Assembly (NCBI GenBank): GCA_964509715.1
Contig: CAZDYD010000004.1
Span: 952-64,951 of the forward strand
DNA length: 64,000 nucleotides
DNA from: an uncultured Chitinophagales bacterium
Lineage (GTDB): Bacteria > Bacteroidota > Rhodothermia > Balneolales > HLUCCA01
Direction of reading: 5' to 3'
In this document: positions 9,259-18,651 of the stretch, piece by piece
How the letters are laid out: the number at the start of each line of letters is the position of its first letter
How positions within the stretch are numbered: position 1 is the stretch's first letter
Made by a program: the position numbers and the translations under genes
Notes under the pieces: model-generated
Database searches by the model: none
Told to the model about the DNA's origin: nothing
The model's input: the letters and a program-made list of their open reading frames with translations, nothing else

Positions 9259-9816
9259 ATGTCAATTAAACCCAACTATGAACAACATCACAATACTATG
9301 GCAATCGCTCTACTCGTAATATTCTTAATCAGTACACCTATCCCAACGAATCTTTTGGGCGCTGATGTCATACATAGTCCAACTGAATATTCGACTGTAG
9401 ATCCCCTTTCGCATACGCTTCAGGTGGACGATGAGGAAGAACTGACAGCATTATTGCATTGGTTCATGGATGGAGCCTCTCGCAATGACAGAGCAGTACA
9501 TGAGAAATTTTGGAATGAGAATCTGGTTTATACCTCATCTGCTGGCTCAAGGTTCGGCAAGGCTGAAATAATGGCAGGGTTTGACGACACACAAAACCTT
9601 CGGGAAATTGGACCAACTACCCAATATTCAGCTCACGATATCACAGTTCGTTTTTTTGGTGAACAACGAGATGTTGCGGTCGTCTCCTTTCGGATGAAAG
9701 GAGAGACCCTGACGATCCAAGGAACATCCGTTTCCTGGTATCTCAACAGTGGGACCTTAATCAAACTCGACGGCGAATGGAGTGTGGTGAATTGGCATGC
9801 TACAAGAGTCCCCTGA
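9259..9816 (+). CDS. NTF2-like (DUF4440/SnoaL-like) secreted protein
   Basis: Signal-like N-terminus; the domain ends with WSVVNWHAT, typical of the NTF2-like fold. Confidence 0.7.
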   Translation: MSIKPNYEQHHNTMAIALLVIFLISTPIPTNLLGADVIHSPTEYSTVDPLSHTLQVDDEEELTALLHWFMDGASRNDRAVHEKFWNENLVYTSSAGSRFGKAEIMAGFDDTQNLREIGPTTQYSAHDITVRFFGEQRDVAVVSFRMKGETLTIQGTSVSWYLNSGTLIKLDGEWSVVNWHATRVP

Positions 9817-12225
9817 TCCGATTGGCGCACCAGGCGGTGTGTATGGTGCAGGAGGGGTTCTGAATTCCGACGGATTCGCATAGAAATTGTCGATCCAGGT
9901 GCTCATGAGTCGATAATGAGCCCTCCAATCATCATTGTTTTGTCTGGATATTTGGTTATTTAGCCAAGTCTGTAGTCCTCCTATAAAGCTTGTTGTTATA
10001 GCCTGAACTTCAGGAGAAGCATTGTTGTCGGCTGCTAGCCTAAGCATGTTCCGAACGGTGGACGTGTTTATCGCACGCTGAATCAGACCGTTATATCCGG
10101 TTTGGGGGGTTAGTTGAATGGTAGCAGTTGATAATTCATTCAAGACGTGATGCAACGATAACTGACGGCTATCTCTGCTCGCTTGTACTGTTAATCTGGC
10201 AGCACGGTTTGGATGTAGCATCAGAGATGTACTTAAATCAGCAGATGTTTCTGCCATCGCCACCGGATCCAGCGTTGGCTCGGTGTATCCCCTGAAGTGT
10301 TCTCTTGTCTGACTTATTGATGCAGCGTGTGGGGGAATTAAATCCAAAATATGTTGTGGAAGTGCCAACGTGTTTACCTCCAATGTCTTCAACATTGCAC
10401 TAAGAGCAGCGCGTTGGACACCAGCTTCGATAATTTTCGGTCCATCCTGACCATCACCTCGAGCATTATACGAGTAATTCACTCCACCAATCAGTTTAAC
10501 TGTAGATTCCGTCTGATATCGATGATATAAATACATCGGTACCAGAACATCATGCAAAGTCGACATGGGTTGATGCACCCGGATCATGTTCTCAGAGAAA
10601 TTCTGTAATGCGATACGTCGCACTTCCAAAATATGATCCATCTGTTTTACATGGTCAGTTCCGTAATCCCAAAGGTGAGCATCCGGATGCGATCCACCCT
10701 GTGCTCGGGCATCTCTATCGGTTATATAAAGGAGTCCTTTGTCGATCGTCTCCAACAGGATATCATTAAGCGCTGATGCTTCATCGGTACCTACCGGGAA
10801 GTGCTGATATCCATACTTCACAGCCTGGATATCCCATGCACCCATTCCGGTCGCATACGCCTCACTTAAATCAAGTGAGCCATCATCATTAATTATCACC
10901 TTTGGATGAGGATAGTCCATCACAGATGCCCGGTCGTTAACACTTGCAGCAAAATTGTGCGCTATACCGATAGTATGACCAATCTCATGAGCTGAGAGTT
11001 GACGTATCCTTGCCAGTGCCATCTCCAACATGCGTGGGTCATGGTCAGCACCTTCAGCGTATGGGCCCAGCAATCCCTCAGCGATCATGAAATCCTGTCT
11101 GACCCGCAAAGATCCCAAGGACACATGTCCTTTAATGATTTCACCGGTTCTGGGATCTGCCACAGAAGCACCATAGGACCAACCTCGGGTTGATCGATGT
11201 ACCCACTGAATCACATTATATCGAACATCCAAAGGGTGTGCATCCTCAGGAAGAATTTCAACAATAAATGCGTTCTTGTAGCCAATCGCTTCAAAGGCTT
11301 CGTTCCACCATCTGGCACCATCCAGAAGTGCAGATCGTACCGGCTCTGGTGTTCCGTTATCCAGATAATAAATGATAGGTTTCACTGGCTCACTTATGTC
11401 AGCTGTCGGATCCTTCTTTTCGAGTCTATGTCGGACGATAAATCGTTGAACGAAATCACCGCCTATCGGTGCGCTGTAATCCTGATAGGAAATACCAAAA
11501 TAACCGGATCGGGGATCCAATTTTCTGGGGATGTAGTTCTCATCCGGTAGTTCAATGAACGAGTGATGCAACCTGACCGAAATGGCATCATTACTTGGTG
11601 TCACGCTCCTGGCCCAGGCACCGGCACCGGATCCGGTGTACGTCACCCATGCTTCAAACTCAGTGTTTTTGGGGAAGTTGAACGTCGCTGGCATATAAAT
11701 AGCCGATCGGGATTTATCTACCGAAAAGTTACCCTGATTTGAGGAACGTAACCTGTCGGAAACACCATGAGCATCGCGTAACAAAAAATCAGTCATATCG
11801 ATTAGTACACGGTCGTTTTCTTCAGCGGCAACCGTAAATCCCCACAGAATCGATTGAGCGAATGCCTCATCAACCGACTTTCGTTCAAGCCAATTCTCGG
11901 ATGTTGCGCGGTATGAATAATTCGGTTGTCGCATCAGAATACGCGGACCCACCCGATCGAAAATGACTATACGCGTGCTTCCCAATTGTCCACGATCCAG
12001 TCCGATGTCATTGGATCCCATGCCAGCAGCCATGGCATTTACATATAGGACTTCTTGTCCCAGTTTGTCAATCTCCATCCAGATTTTTCCTTCTGCGGCA
12101 TCCCACCAGAAATTAAAGAACCCCTCATGTTTCTCCATACCACGTGTTTTATCTGAAATACTGGTTTGAGAAAATCCGGTAGAGTTTGCCAGTAATAGCA
12201 CGAGTGAAAACAATAAAAACTTCAT
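9757..12225 (-). CDS. Secreted zinc-dependent metalloprotease (DUF5117/DUF4953, EcxA-like metzincin)
   Basis: Signal peptide; HEIGHTIGIAHNF (HExxHxxGxxH); SVMDY Met-turn; KPIIYYLD; PPGAPIG tail. Confidence 0.92.
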   Translation of the reverse strand: MKFLLFSLVLLLANSTGFSQTSISDKTRGMEKHEGFFNFWWDAAEGKIWMEIDKLGQEVLYVNAMAAGMGSNDIGLDRGQLGSTRIVIFDRVGPRILMRQPNYSYRATSENWLERKSVDEAFAQSILWGFTVAAEENDRVLIDMTDFLLRDAHGVSDRLRSSNQGNFSVDKSRSAIYMPATFNFPKNTEFEAWVTYTGSGAGAWARSVTPSNDAISVRLHHSFIELPDENYIPRKLDPRSGYFGISYQDYSAPIGGDFVQRFIVRHRLEKKDPTADISEPVKPIIYYLDNGTPEPVRSALLDGARWWNEAFEAIGYKNAFIVEILPEDAHPLDVRYNVIQWVHRSTRGWSYGASVADPRTGEIIKGHVSLGSLRVRQDFMIAEGLLGPYAEGADHDPRMLEMALARIRQLSAHEIGHTIGIAHNFAASVNDRASVMDYPHPKVIINDDGSLDLSEAYATGMGAWDIQAVKYGYQHFPVGTDEASALNDILLETIDKGLLYITDRDARAQGGSHPDAHLWDYGTDHVKQMDHILEVRRIALQNFSENMIRVHQPMSTLHDVLVPMYLYHRYQTESTVKLIGGVNYSYNARGDGQDGPKIIEAGVQRAALSAMLKTLEVNTLALPQHILDLIPPHAASISQTREHFRGYTEPTLDPVAMAETSADLSTSLMLHPNRAARLTVQASRDSRQLSLHHVLNELSTATIQLTPQTGYNGLIQRAINTSTVRNMLRLAADNNASPEVQAITTSFIGGLQTWLNNQISRQNNDDWRAHYRLMSTWIDNFYANPSEFRTPPAPYTPPGAPIGSGDSCSMPIHHTPFAVEFD

Positions 12226-12554
12226 AGCACAATTATTTTTAGTAACAATTCATAGAAAGGATGACGATCTTTGACGCAGAATGGGTATGGTATTGAAAAA
12301 AGAAGTTTAATGCCAAGCAATTATCCGTTAAAAGTTGTTCAGATTTGATGTGAAAAATGAGCCATTAAGTTTATACCATGGATGTTCACCGTCAAAAAAC
12401 AGCTGTTTGTCGAAAAAAAGATGTATCGAACGCAAAACTCCATTAAAATCAGGAAGTAACCGACAATAGATATCGATTTACTATCAGTTTATATATCATA
12501 ATCCTGGTGTAAGATTGCTATCACTGTCTATCAGACCACTAATTTTTAGATCTC

Positions 12555-13295
12555 ATGGAGAATACAAACTATATGAAAAAGTTCAACAAGTATAGCTTCC
12601 TGATACTCATACTGATTGCCACGGGTTGCGGCATACCATCCGTACATCCTCTATATGAACCAGGTGACCTTATAACGAACGACAATCTAAACGGGGTCTG
12701 GCAGCGATCTGACGGATCTATTAGGTTTCATGTGATGCAATTGTCTGCACTGAAGCTTCATTTACTTGAGACCGAAATGCAGAATGCTGCCATCGTGCAG
12801 AATATAGATGGCTTGGGTGGTGATTTGGCTATGGATACAGATCTGGGTATAGTAGAATATCTGGAAGAGCTCGAAAAGGAGGGTCGAGGTAAGTTATATC
12901 TCATTCAATATGAATCCAATCCGGAGGACATATATCTCGGTGGACTCGTTGAACTGGCCGGGAACCATTACTTCGACCTCTATAAAATCGATTTCGGAGC
13001 TTCTGAATTTCGATATCCTGTACACCTGTTCATGAAATCAACCATATCTGATTCACTTTTGACCATGCACTCGTTCAGTGAGAATTGGCTGAAAGAGCAA
13101 ATCAAAAACAGACAGATCAGAATTCAGGTGGAAGTTAATATCGATGACAAATTCCTTATCACGGCACCTACCCGTGACCTTAAGAAATTTGTTGAAAAAT
13201 ACGGATCCATTGAGGAGGCATACAGGCACACGCAGGAATACCGAAAAATAAGCTCAGAACCCAAGTTTCAGTTCGAATTGTATGATGAAGAGTAA
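12555..13295 (+). CDS. Hypothetical lipoprotein (start possibly 12573)
   Basis: Lipobox IATG-C followed by PSVHPLY; overlaps the kinase start. Confidence 0.8.
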   Translation: MENTNYMKKFNKYSFLILILIATGCGIPSVHPLYEPGDLITNDNLNGVWQRSDGSIRFHVMQLSALKLHLLETEMQNAAIVQNIDGLGGDLAMDTDLGIVEYLEELEKEGRGKLYLIQYESNPEDIYLGGLVELAGNHYFDLYKIDFGASEFRYPVHLFMKSTISDSLLTMHSFSENWLKEQIKNRQIRIQVEVNIDDKFLITAPTRDLKKFVEKYGSIEEAYRHTQEYRKISSEPKFQFELYDEE

Positions 13296-14325
13296 ATCCG
13301 CAAGCGATCAAAAGTCGTATCCACTACCCAGACGTATACTGGAATATCTGATATTCTGGACAGTTTCAATGTATGTTCTGGCAAATTTTTTCTCCTATGG
13401 GGATTCGGTTGAACGCATTGATTGGATTTACACCCTGTTATTTCATATCAGTATCTGGTTTGGGATCAGTTTGAACAGTTTTTTCCTAATTCCACGACTA
13501 CTTGCGACCGGTAAAGTCGTATGGTACATCATCGGTATCATGGTTCTCCTCCAACTCATGATAATGCTGAACCAATTTACGTTCAATGTTTTGGCTGACT
13601 ACGTATTCCCGGGATATTTTTTCATATCATACTATGAATGGCACGATTTGCTAAACTTCATGATCGCTTTTCTTGGAATTACATCACTGATTCAATTCTC
13701 TCGCAGTTGGTTTCGTGAATCCCAAACTCAAAAAATGTTGACTGAAATAAAGAAGTCAAAAACAGAAATGGAATTACAGACATTGAAGGCGCAAGTTCAT
13801 CCTCACTTTCTGTTCAATAGTTTGAATACCATCTACGGACTGATCCGTAAAAATCCGGTCAGGGCAGCTGATGCTGTATTGTTACTTGCAGAATTACTTC
13901 GATATACTGTTCGTCAGGCTGGAACCGACCTGGTACCACTTCATCTTGAGATCGATTACATCACAAAATATGCTGAATTTCACAAAATGAGATTGGATCA
14001 TTCAGTTGGTATCGAGGTCAACGTACATGGCAACATTGACACCGTGCTCATTGCTCCTCTGATACTGATTCCATTTGTAGAGAACGCGTTCAAATACGGT
14101 GAAGATGAGATTCAGATTACCATTGATCGATCAGATTCCGAGGTCCATTTTAAATGTACGAACAGAATTCGTTCGGATGTCGGGTTTTCCGAAATGGAGG
14201 GTAACGGAACAGGACTTACGAATGTGAGAAAAAGACTGGCATTAATGTATGAGCATCGTCATCAACTTGATATAATAAAGAACAATGACTACTTCATGGT
14301 TGATTTGAGGGTGCAATATGATTGA
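13282..14325 (+). CDS. LytS/YehU-type sensor histidine kinase
   Basis: Four TM helices, LKAQVHPHFLFNSLNTIY, LIPFVENAFKYG, GTGLTNVRKRL. Confidence 0.93.
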   Translation: MMKSKSASDQKSYPLPRRILEYLIFWTVSMYVLANFFSYGDSVERIDWIYTLLFHISIWFGISLNSFFLIPRLLATGKVVWYIIGIMVLLQLMIMLNQFTFNVLADYVFPGYFFISYYEWHDLLNFMIAFLGITSLIQFSRSWFRESQTQKMLTEIKKSKTEMELQTLKAQVHPHFLFNSLNTIYGLIRKNPVRAADAVLLLAELLRYTVRQAGTDLVPLHLEIDYITKYAEFHKMRLDHSVGIEVNVHGNIDTVLIAPLILIPFVENAFKYGEDEIQITIDRSDSEVHFKCTNRIRSDVGFSEMEGNGTGLTNVRKRLALMYEHRHQLDIIKNNDYFMVDLRVQYD

Positions 14326-15052
14326 GATCAAGTGTATCGTAGTGGAAGATGAGCCGGTGGCTCGTGAAATACTATGTGATTACATTCAGGAAGTACCCGA
14401 ACTTAAAATAATGGGGGTATTCAGGTCTGGCATAGAGGCCCGTGAGTTTTTGGCCCATCATGAGGTCGACCTGGTTTTCCTCGATATCAATATGCCCAAA
14501 CTTACAGGAATTGGCCTACTTGAGGTACTGGATACGCATCCAATGGTTGTAATGACAACCGCATATCCTGAATATGCATTACAGGGATATGAATACGATG
14601 TGGTCGATTACTTATTGAAACCTTTTTCATTCAAGCGTTTTCTCAGATCGATAGGGAAAATTGAGAATAGATTGAAGAACAACGCACTGCTGTCAAAATC
14701 AGATATTCCTACTGGTCCCGAGTCGAAAGATGCACAATCACTTTACCGCCAATTGGTGGTTAAATCAGATAAAAAGACCTGGCCCATTGAATTGGTCACA
14801 ATTTTGTACATCGAAGCCGTTGGGGACTACGTCAATATCCACACGCGTGAGAGAAGGATTCTCGTAAATGAAACGATGAAGAACATCGAAGAAGCGCTGC
14901 CGTCCCGTCATTTTATACGAGTGCACAAATCATGGATCGTATCCCGATCGGCCATTGAATACATCGAGGGAAACGGAATTATTTGTGGTAAAACCACGTT
15001 GCCCATTGGGAAAACGTATAAAGACAAAGTGCTACAATGGCTGCAGGGATGA
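14318..15052 (+). CDS. LytTR-family response regulator
   Basis: Receiver VEDE...FLDINMP...TTAY...LLKP; LytTR domain FIRVHKSWIV. Confidence 0.95.
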   Translation: MIEIKCIVVEDEPVAREILCDYIQEVPELKIMGVFRSGIEAREFLAHHEVDLVFLDINMPKLTGIGLLEVLDTHPMVVMTTAYPEYALQGYEYDVVDYLLKPFSFKRFLRSIGKIENRLKNNALLSKSDIPTGPESKDAQSLYRQLVVKSDKKTWPIELVTILYIEAVGDYVNIHTRERRILVNETMKNIEEALPSRHFIRVHKSWIVSRSAIEYIEGNGIICGKTTLPIGKTYKDKVLQWLQG

Positions 15053-15160
15053 CATGATTTACCCTTGATATCCTGCCGGCCGACAAGAATAATTTCAACG
15101 GATCCGGCAATACACAAGATCCACAATCATGCAACATTCAATCATTCATCCTTTCCGACC

Positions 15161-16033
15161 ATGAATCGAATCCTGGCAAAACTGATTGTTACCATACTGT
15201 TGATCTCTTGTGGCACCGAAAACAATCCCACATTTACCCTGTCAGTCAATTCGAGTCCCCAGGAAGGTGGCACAATTTCGCCAACATCCGGAGTTTACCC
15301 TGAAAATGAAGTTGTTACCATTACGGCTACACCATCAACTGGATGGATGTTTTTGAGGTGGGAGGGCGACTGGACCGGATCATCCAGCCCGACAAATATA
15401 ACCATGAATAAAAACTATTCCATAGTAGCACTCTTTGAAAGACTTCCTGAAACCCAAATAGAAGAGGTATTTAATCCAACAACTGGTCGATATTGGATGG
15501 ATCGAAATCTGGGTGCCAGCCGGGCAGCCAACTCAATGACAGATACAGCGGCATACGGATATCTCTATCAATGGGGCCGAGGAACCGATGATCATCAGAT
15601 TCGCACTTCAGCAACAACATCAGAATTGAGTAATACTGACCGGCCACGTTTGGGTAACTTCATCATAGCTCCAAATACACCCTTCGATTGGCGGAGTCCA
15701 CAAAACAGCTCATTATGGCAGGGACTTCAGGGTATAAATAATCCTTGTCCAACAGGGTTCAGAATACCAACAGAAGAAGAGTGGGAGGCAGAACGATTGA
15801 GCTGGATAAGTAACGATGCCACCGGAGCATATTCATCACCACTAAAACTACCCTTAGCGGGACGACGAAATTTCGCTGCTGGTACATTGTTCGATGCAGA
15901 TATCAATGCCTACTATTGGTCTGCTTCCTTGGATGGAGCCTTCTCTCGTGGACTTGGGATATTCAGTGATTCGGCAGCCATGTTCAGTTACAATCGAGCC
16001 GGAGGGAATTCTGTGCGCTGTATAAGAGACTGA
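15161..16033 (+). CDS. FISUMP (Fib_succ_major) domain lipoprotein with InlB B-repeat-like domain; start taken at ATG 15161
   Basis: Lipobox LLIS-C; TITATPSTGWMFLRWEGD repeat domain; WMDRNLGA, YGYLYQWGR, NPCPTGFRIPT, YYWSAS, SVRCIRD. Confidence 0.85.
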   Translation: MNRILAKLIVTILLISCGTENNPTFTLSVNSSPQEGGTISPTSGVYPENEVVTITATPSTGWMFLRWEGDWTGSSSPTNITMNKNYSIVALFERLPETQIEEVFNPTTGRYWMDRNLGASRAANSMTDTAAYGYLYQWGRGTDDHQIRTSATTSELSNTDRPRLGNFIIAPNTPFDWRSPQNSSLWQGLQGINNPCPTGFRIPTEEEWEAERLSWISNDATGAYSSPLKLPLAGRRNFAAGTLFDADINAYYWSASLDGAFSRGLGIFSDSAAMFSYNRAGGNSVRCIRD

Positions 16034-16141
16034 CTCACAAATATCACCATATAAACTGTATTTGTGCATCGAGATCCAAGGTATTGCAATGTATATCCTT
16101 TGGAATGGAAAATGCATCAGATACTTGTGTCATGAGAAAAA

Positions 16142-16160
16142 AAGTGTTACAATAACACTT
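16142..16160. promoter_or_regulatory. Candidate AraR/NrtR operator upstream of araB
   Basis: Perfect inverted repeat AAGTGTTA-caa-TAACACTT containing the NrtR-family GT-N7-AC core; an NrtR-family regulator ends the operon. Confidence 0.75.
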
Positions 16161-16224
16161 ATAACAGAGTGGGTACTTTTTAGTCAGACGTGTGATCGCA
16201 AAACTCGCAACTTCTTCAATAGAT

Positions 16225-17922
16225 ATGAGCATGCATCGTCAATACATAATAGGCGTGGACTATGGCACAGATTCGGTCAGGTCGATATTGGTCGATATCC
16301 AAGGATTCCAGTTGGCCGAGTCGGTTTTTTACTACCCCAGATGGGCTGCAGGGCAGTATTCGAATGCATCCATTAGTCAGTTTCGACATCATCCACTGGA
16401 CTATTTAGAGGGACTCGAATTCACACTAAAAGAGCTTGTTTCTAAAGCTCCAAAAGAGGTAGTTGCCCAAGTCAAAGCGATTGCTGTCGACAGCACAGGA
16501 TCTACTCCGGTTGCTGTAGACAGATCCGGCACACCACTGTCGATGACAGATGAATTCAGAGATAATCCCAATGCCATGTTTATCCTCTGGAAAGACCATA
16601 CTGCAATCGCAGAAGCCAATGAAATCAATATGCTCGCGTGGAGTGGTATGGGACCCGATTATACAAAGTATGTCGGAGGTATATACTCATCAGAATGGTT
16701 TTGGGCAAAGATCCTGCACACCCTCAGGACAGATCAGAAAGTTAGAGATGCAGCCTATTCCTGGGTAGAACTGTGCGACTGGATCCCGTTTGAATTGGCT
16801 GGTATCAAGGATGTTCACTCTATGAAACGCAGTAGATGTGCGGCAGGACACAAAGCGATGTGGCATCCGGACTTTGGCGGACTACCATCAGAAGAATTTC
16901 TCACCACACTTGATCCACTGTTAAGTGGGCTCAGATCTCGTTTGTATGAAGAAACCTACACTTCAGATCAAATCGCCGGAACTTTATCCGAAGAATGGTG
17001 CCAAAGAACAGGCCTGCCAAACGATGTGACCATTGCTGTTGGTGCTTTCGATGCCCATATGGGCGCTGTCGGAGGCGGAATTGAGCCATATTATCTTTGT
17101 CGTGTGATGGGTACTTCCACATGTGATATGTTGGTTGCTTCAATGGATGAGGTCGGTGATACATTGGTACAAGGGATCTGCGGTCAGGTCGAGGGATCAA
17201 TCATCCCTGGTATGTTGGGATTGGAAGCCGGACAGTCTGCCTTTGGTGATGTATATGCGTGGTTTAGGAATATCCTTTACTGGCCGATTGATAAACTCAT
17301 CTCCGACGCAGACTATCTTGATAGCTCGCAAAAAGAAAGATTACTACAAGATACATTTAACAAAATCATCCCAAAATTATCGGAAGCTGCATCCAAAATC
17401 GCAGTAACTGAGGATGATACCATAGCTCTGGATTGGCTTAATGGCCGTCGAACTCCGGATGCCAATCAAAATCTGAACGGTGCCATCGAGGGACTTCATC
17501 TTGGGACCGATGCACCCATCCTGTTTAAAGCTCTGGTAGAGGCAACCTGCTTTGGAGCCCGAATGATTGTAGATCGATTCTTTCGAGAAGGAATCCCTGT
17601 CAAGGGAATCATCGGTATGGGAGGTGTTGCAAAGAAATCCCCCTATGTGATGCAAACTCTTGCAGATGTCCTGCAGATGCCAATTCGGATTTCCAGTCCG
17701 GATCAGGCTTGTGCCTTGGGTGCTGCTATGTTTGCGGCAACTGCAGCCGGACTATTCAATACCATCGAAGAGGCCATGAAAGCCATGTCCGGAGGATTCG
17801 AAACGGTGTATTTCCCGGAAAAATCCAACGCCAAAGTCTATGATCGACTTTATGAAAGATACAGATCTCTGGGCGAAGTAGTTGAGTCCAGAACCATGAA
17901 TAAGCCCATACCTGGTGAGTAA
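16225..17922 (+). CDS. araB: Ribulokinase (FGGY family); start taken at ATG 16225
   Basis: IGVDYGTDSVR, DSTGSTP, YVGGIYSSEWFWAK, AGHKAMW, DWLNGRRTPDAN. Confidence 0.95.
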   Translation: MSMHRQYIIGVDYGTDSVRSILVDIQGFQLAESVFYYPRWAAGQYSNASISQFRHHPLDYLEGLEFTLKELVSKAPKEVVAQVKAIAVDSTGSTPVAVDRSGTPLSMTDEFRDNPNAMFILWKDHTAIAEANEINMLAWSGMGPDYTKYVGGIYSSEWFWAKILHTLRTDQKVRDAAYSWVELCDWIPFELAGIKDVHSMKRSRCAAGHKAMWHPDFGGLPSEEFLTTLDPLLSGLRSRLYEETYTSDQIAGTLSEEWCQRTGLPNDVTIAVGAFDAHMGAVGGGIEPYYLCRVMGTSTCDMLVASMDEVGDTLVQGICGQVEGSIIPGMLGLEAGQSAFGDVYAWFRNILYWPIDKLISDADYLDSSQKERLLQDTFNKIIPKLSEAASKIAVTEDDTIALDWLNGRRTPDANQNLNGAIEGLHLGTDAPILFKALVEATCFGARMIVDRFFREGIPVKGIIGMGGVAKKSPYVMQTLADVLQMPIRISSPDQACALGAAMFAATAAGLFNTIEEAMKAMSGGFETVYFPEKSNAKVYDRLYERYRSLGEVVESRTMNKPIPGE

Positions 17923-17925
17923 AAA

Positions 17926-18627
17926 ATGAGTGAATTTAACGAACTAAAACAATTGGCTTACGAATCGAACATGCGCCTACCAGAACTTGGCCTGGTGATG
18001 TTCACATTTGGGAACGTGAGTGCTGTCGACCGTCGGAGAAAAGTATTTGCCATAAAACCAAGTGGGGTAGCCTATGACAAACTACGCCCTGAAGATATAG
18101 TAATTGTAGACTTTGAAAATAATATTGTGGAGGGATCCATGCGTCCATCATCCGACACAAAAACACATGCGGTGCTTTACAAACACTGGACACATATCGG
18201 TGGAATAGTGCATACGCACTCAACATATGCCACTGCCTGGGCGCAAAGCTCGCGTGACATCCCCATTCTTGGTACCACACATGCAGATCATCTTACCCAT
18301 GATATACCATGCACACCATTTATGGATGATGAAATGATCAAAGGAGACTACGAACATCAGACTGGGCATCAGATTATTGATGCGTTTACCTCCAAAGGGA
18401 TATCACCTGAAGAAGTCGAAATGGTACTTGTGGCCGGACATGCTCCTTTTACCTGGGGTAAAACCGCCGAAAAAGCTGTCTACAACAGTGCTGTACTGGA
18501 GGAAATTTCAAGAATGGCGTATCTGACCCTGCAAATACATCCCGATGTTGCACGACTAAAAGAGACGATTATCAAAAAACACTATGATCGTAAACACGGA
18601 TCAGGTTCATACTACGGCCAGGACTAA
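17926..18627 (+). CDS. araD: L-ribulose-5-phosphate 4-epimerase
   Basis: FTFGNVS, IKPSGV, PSSDTKTH, HTHSTYATAWAQ, GTTHAD, KHG...YYGQ. Confidence 0.96.
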   Translation: MSEFNELKQLAYESNMRLPELGLVMFTFGNVSAVDRRRKVFAIKPSGVAYDKLRPEDIVIVDFENNIVEGSMRPSSDTKTHAVLYKHWTHIGGIVHTHSTYATAWAQSSRDIPILGTTHADHLTHDIPCTPFMDDEMIKGDYEHQTGHQIIDAFTSKGISPEEVEMVLVAGHAPFTWGKTAEKAVYNSAVLEEISRMAYLTLQIHPDVARLKETIIKKHYDRKHGSGSYYGQD

Positions 18628-18651
18628 TCATATCAACACATAACATCTTTA

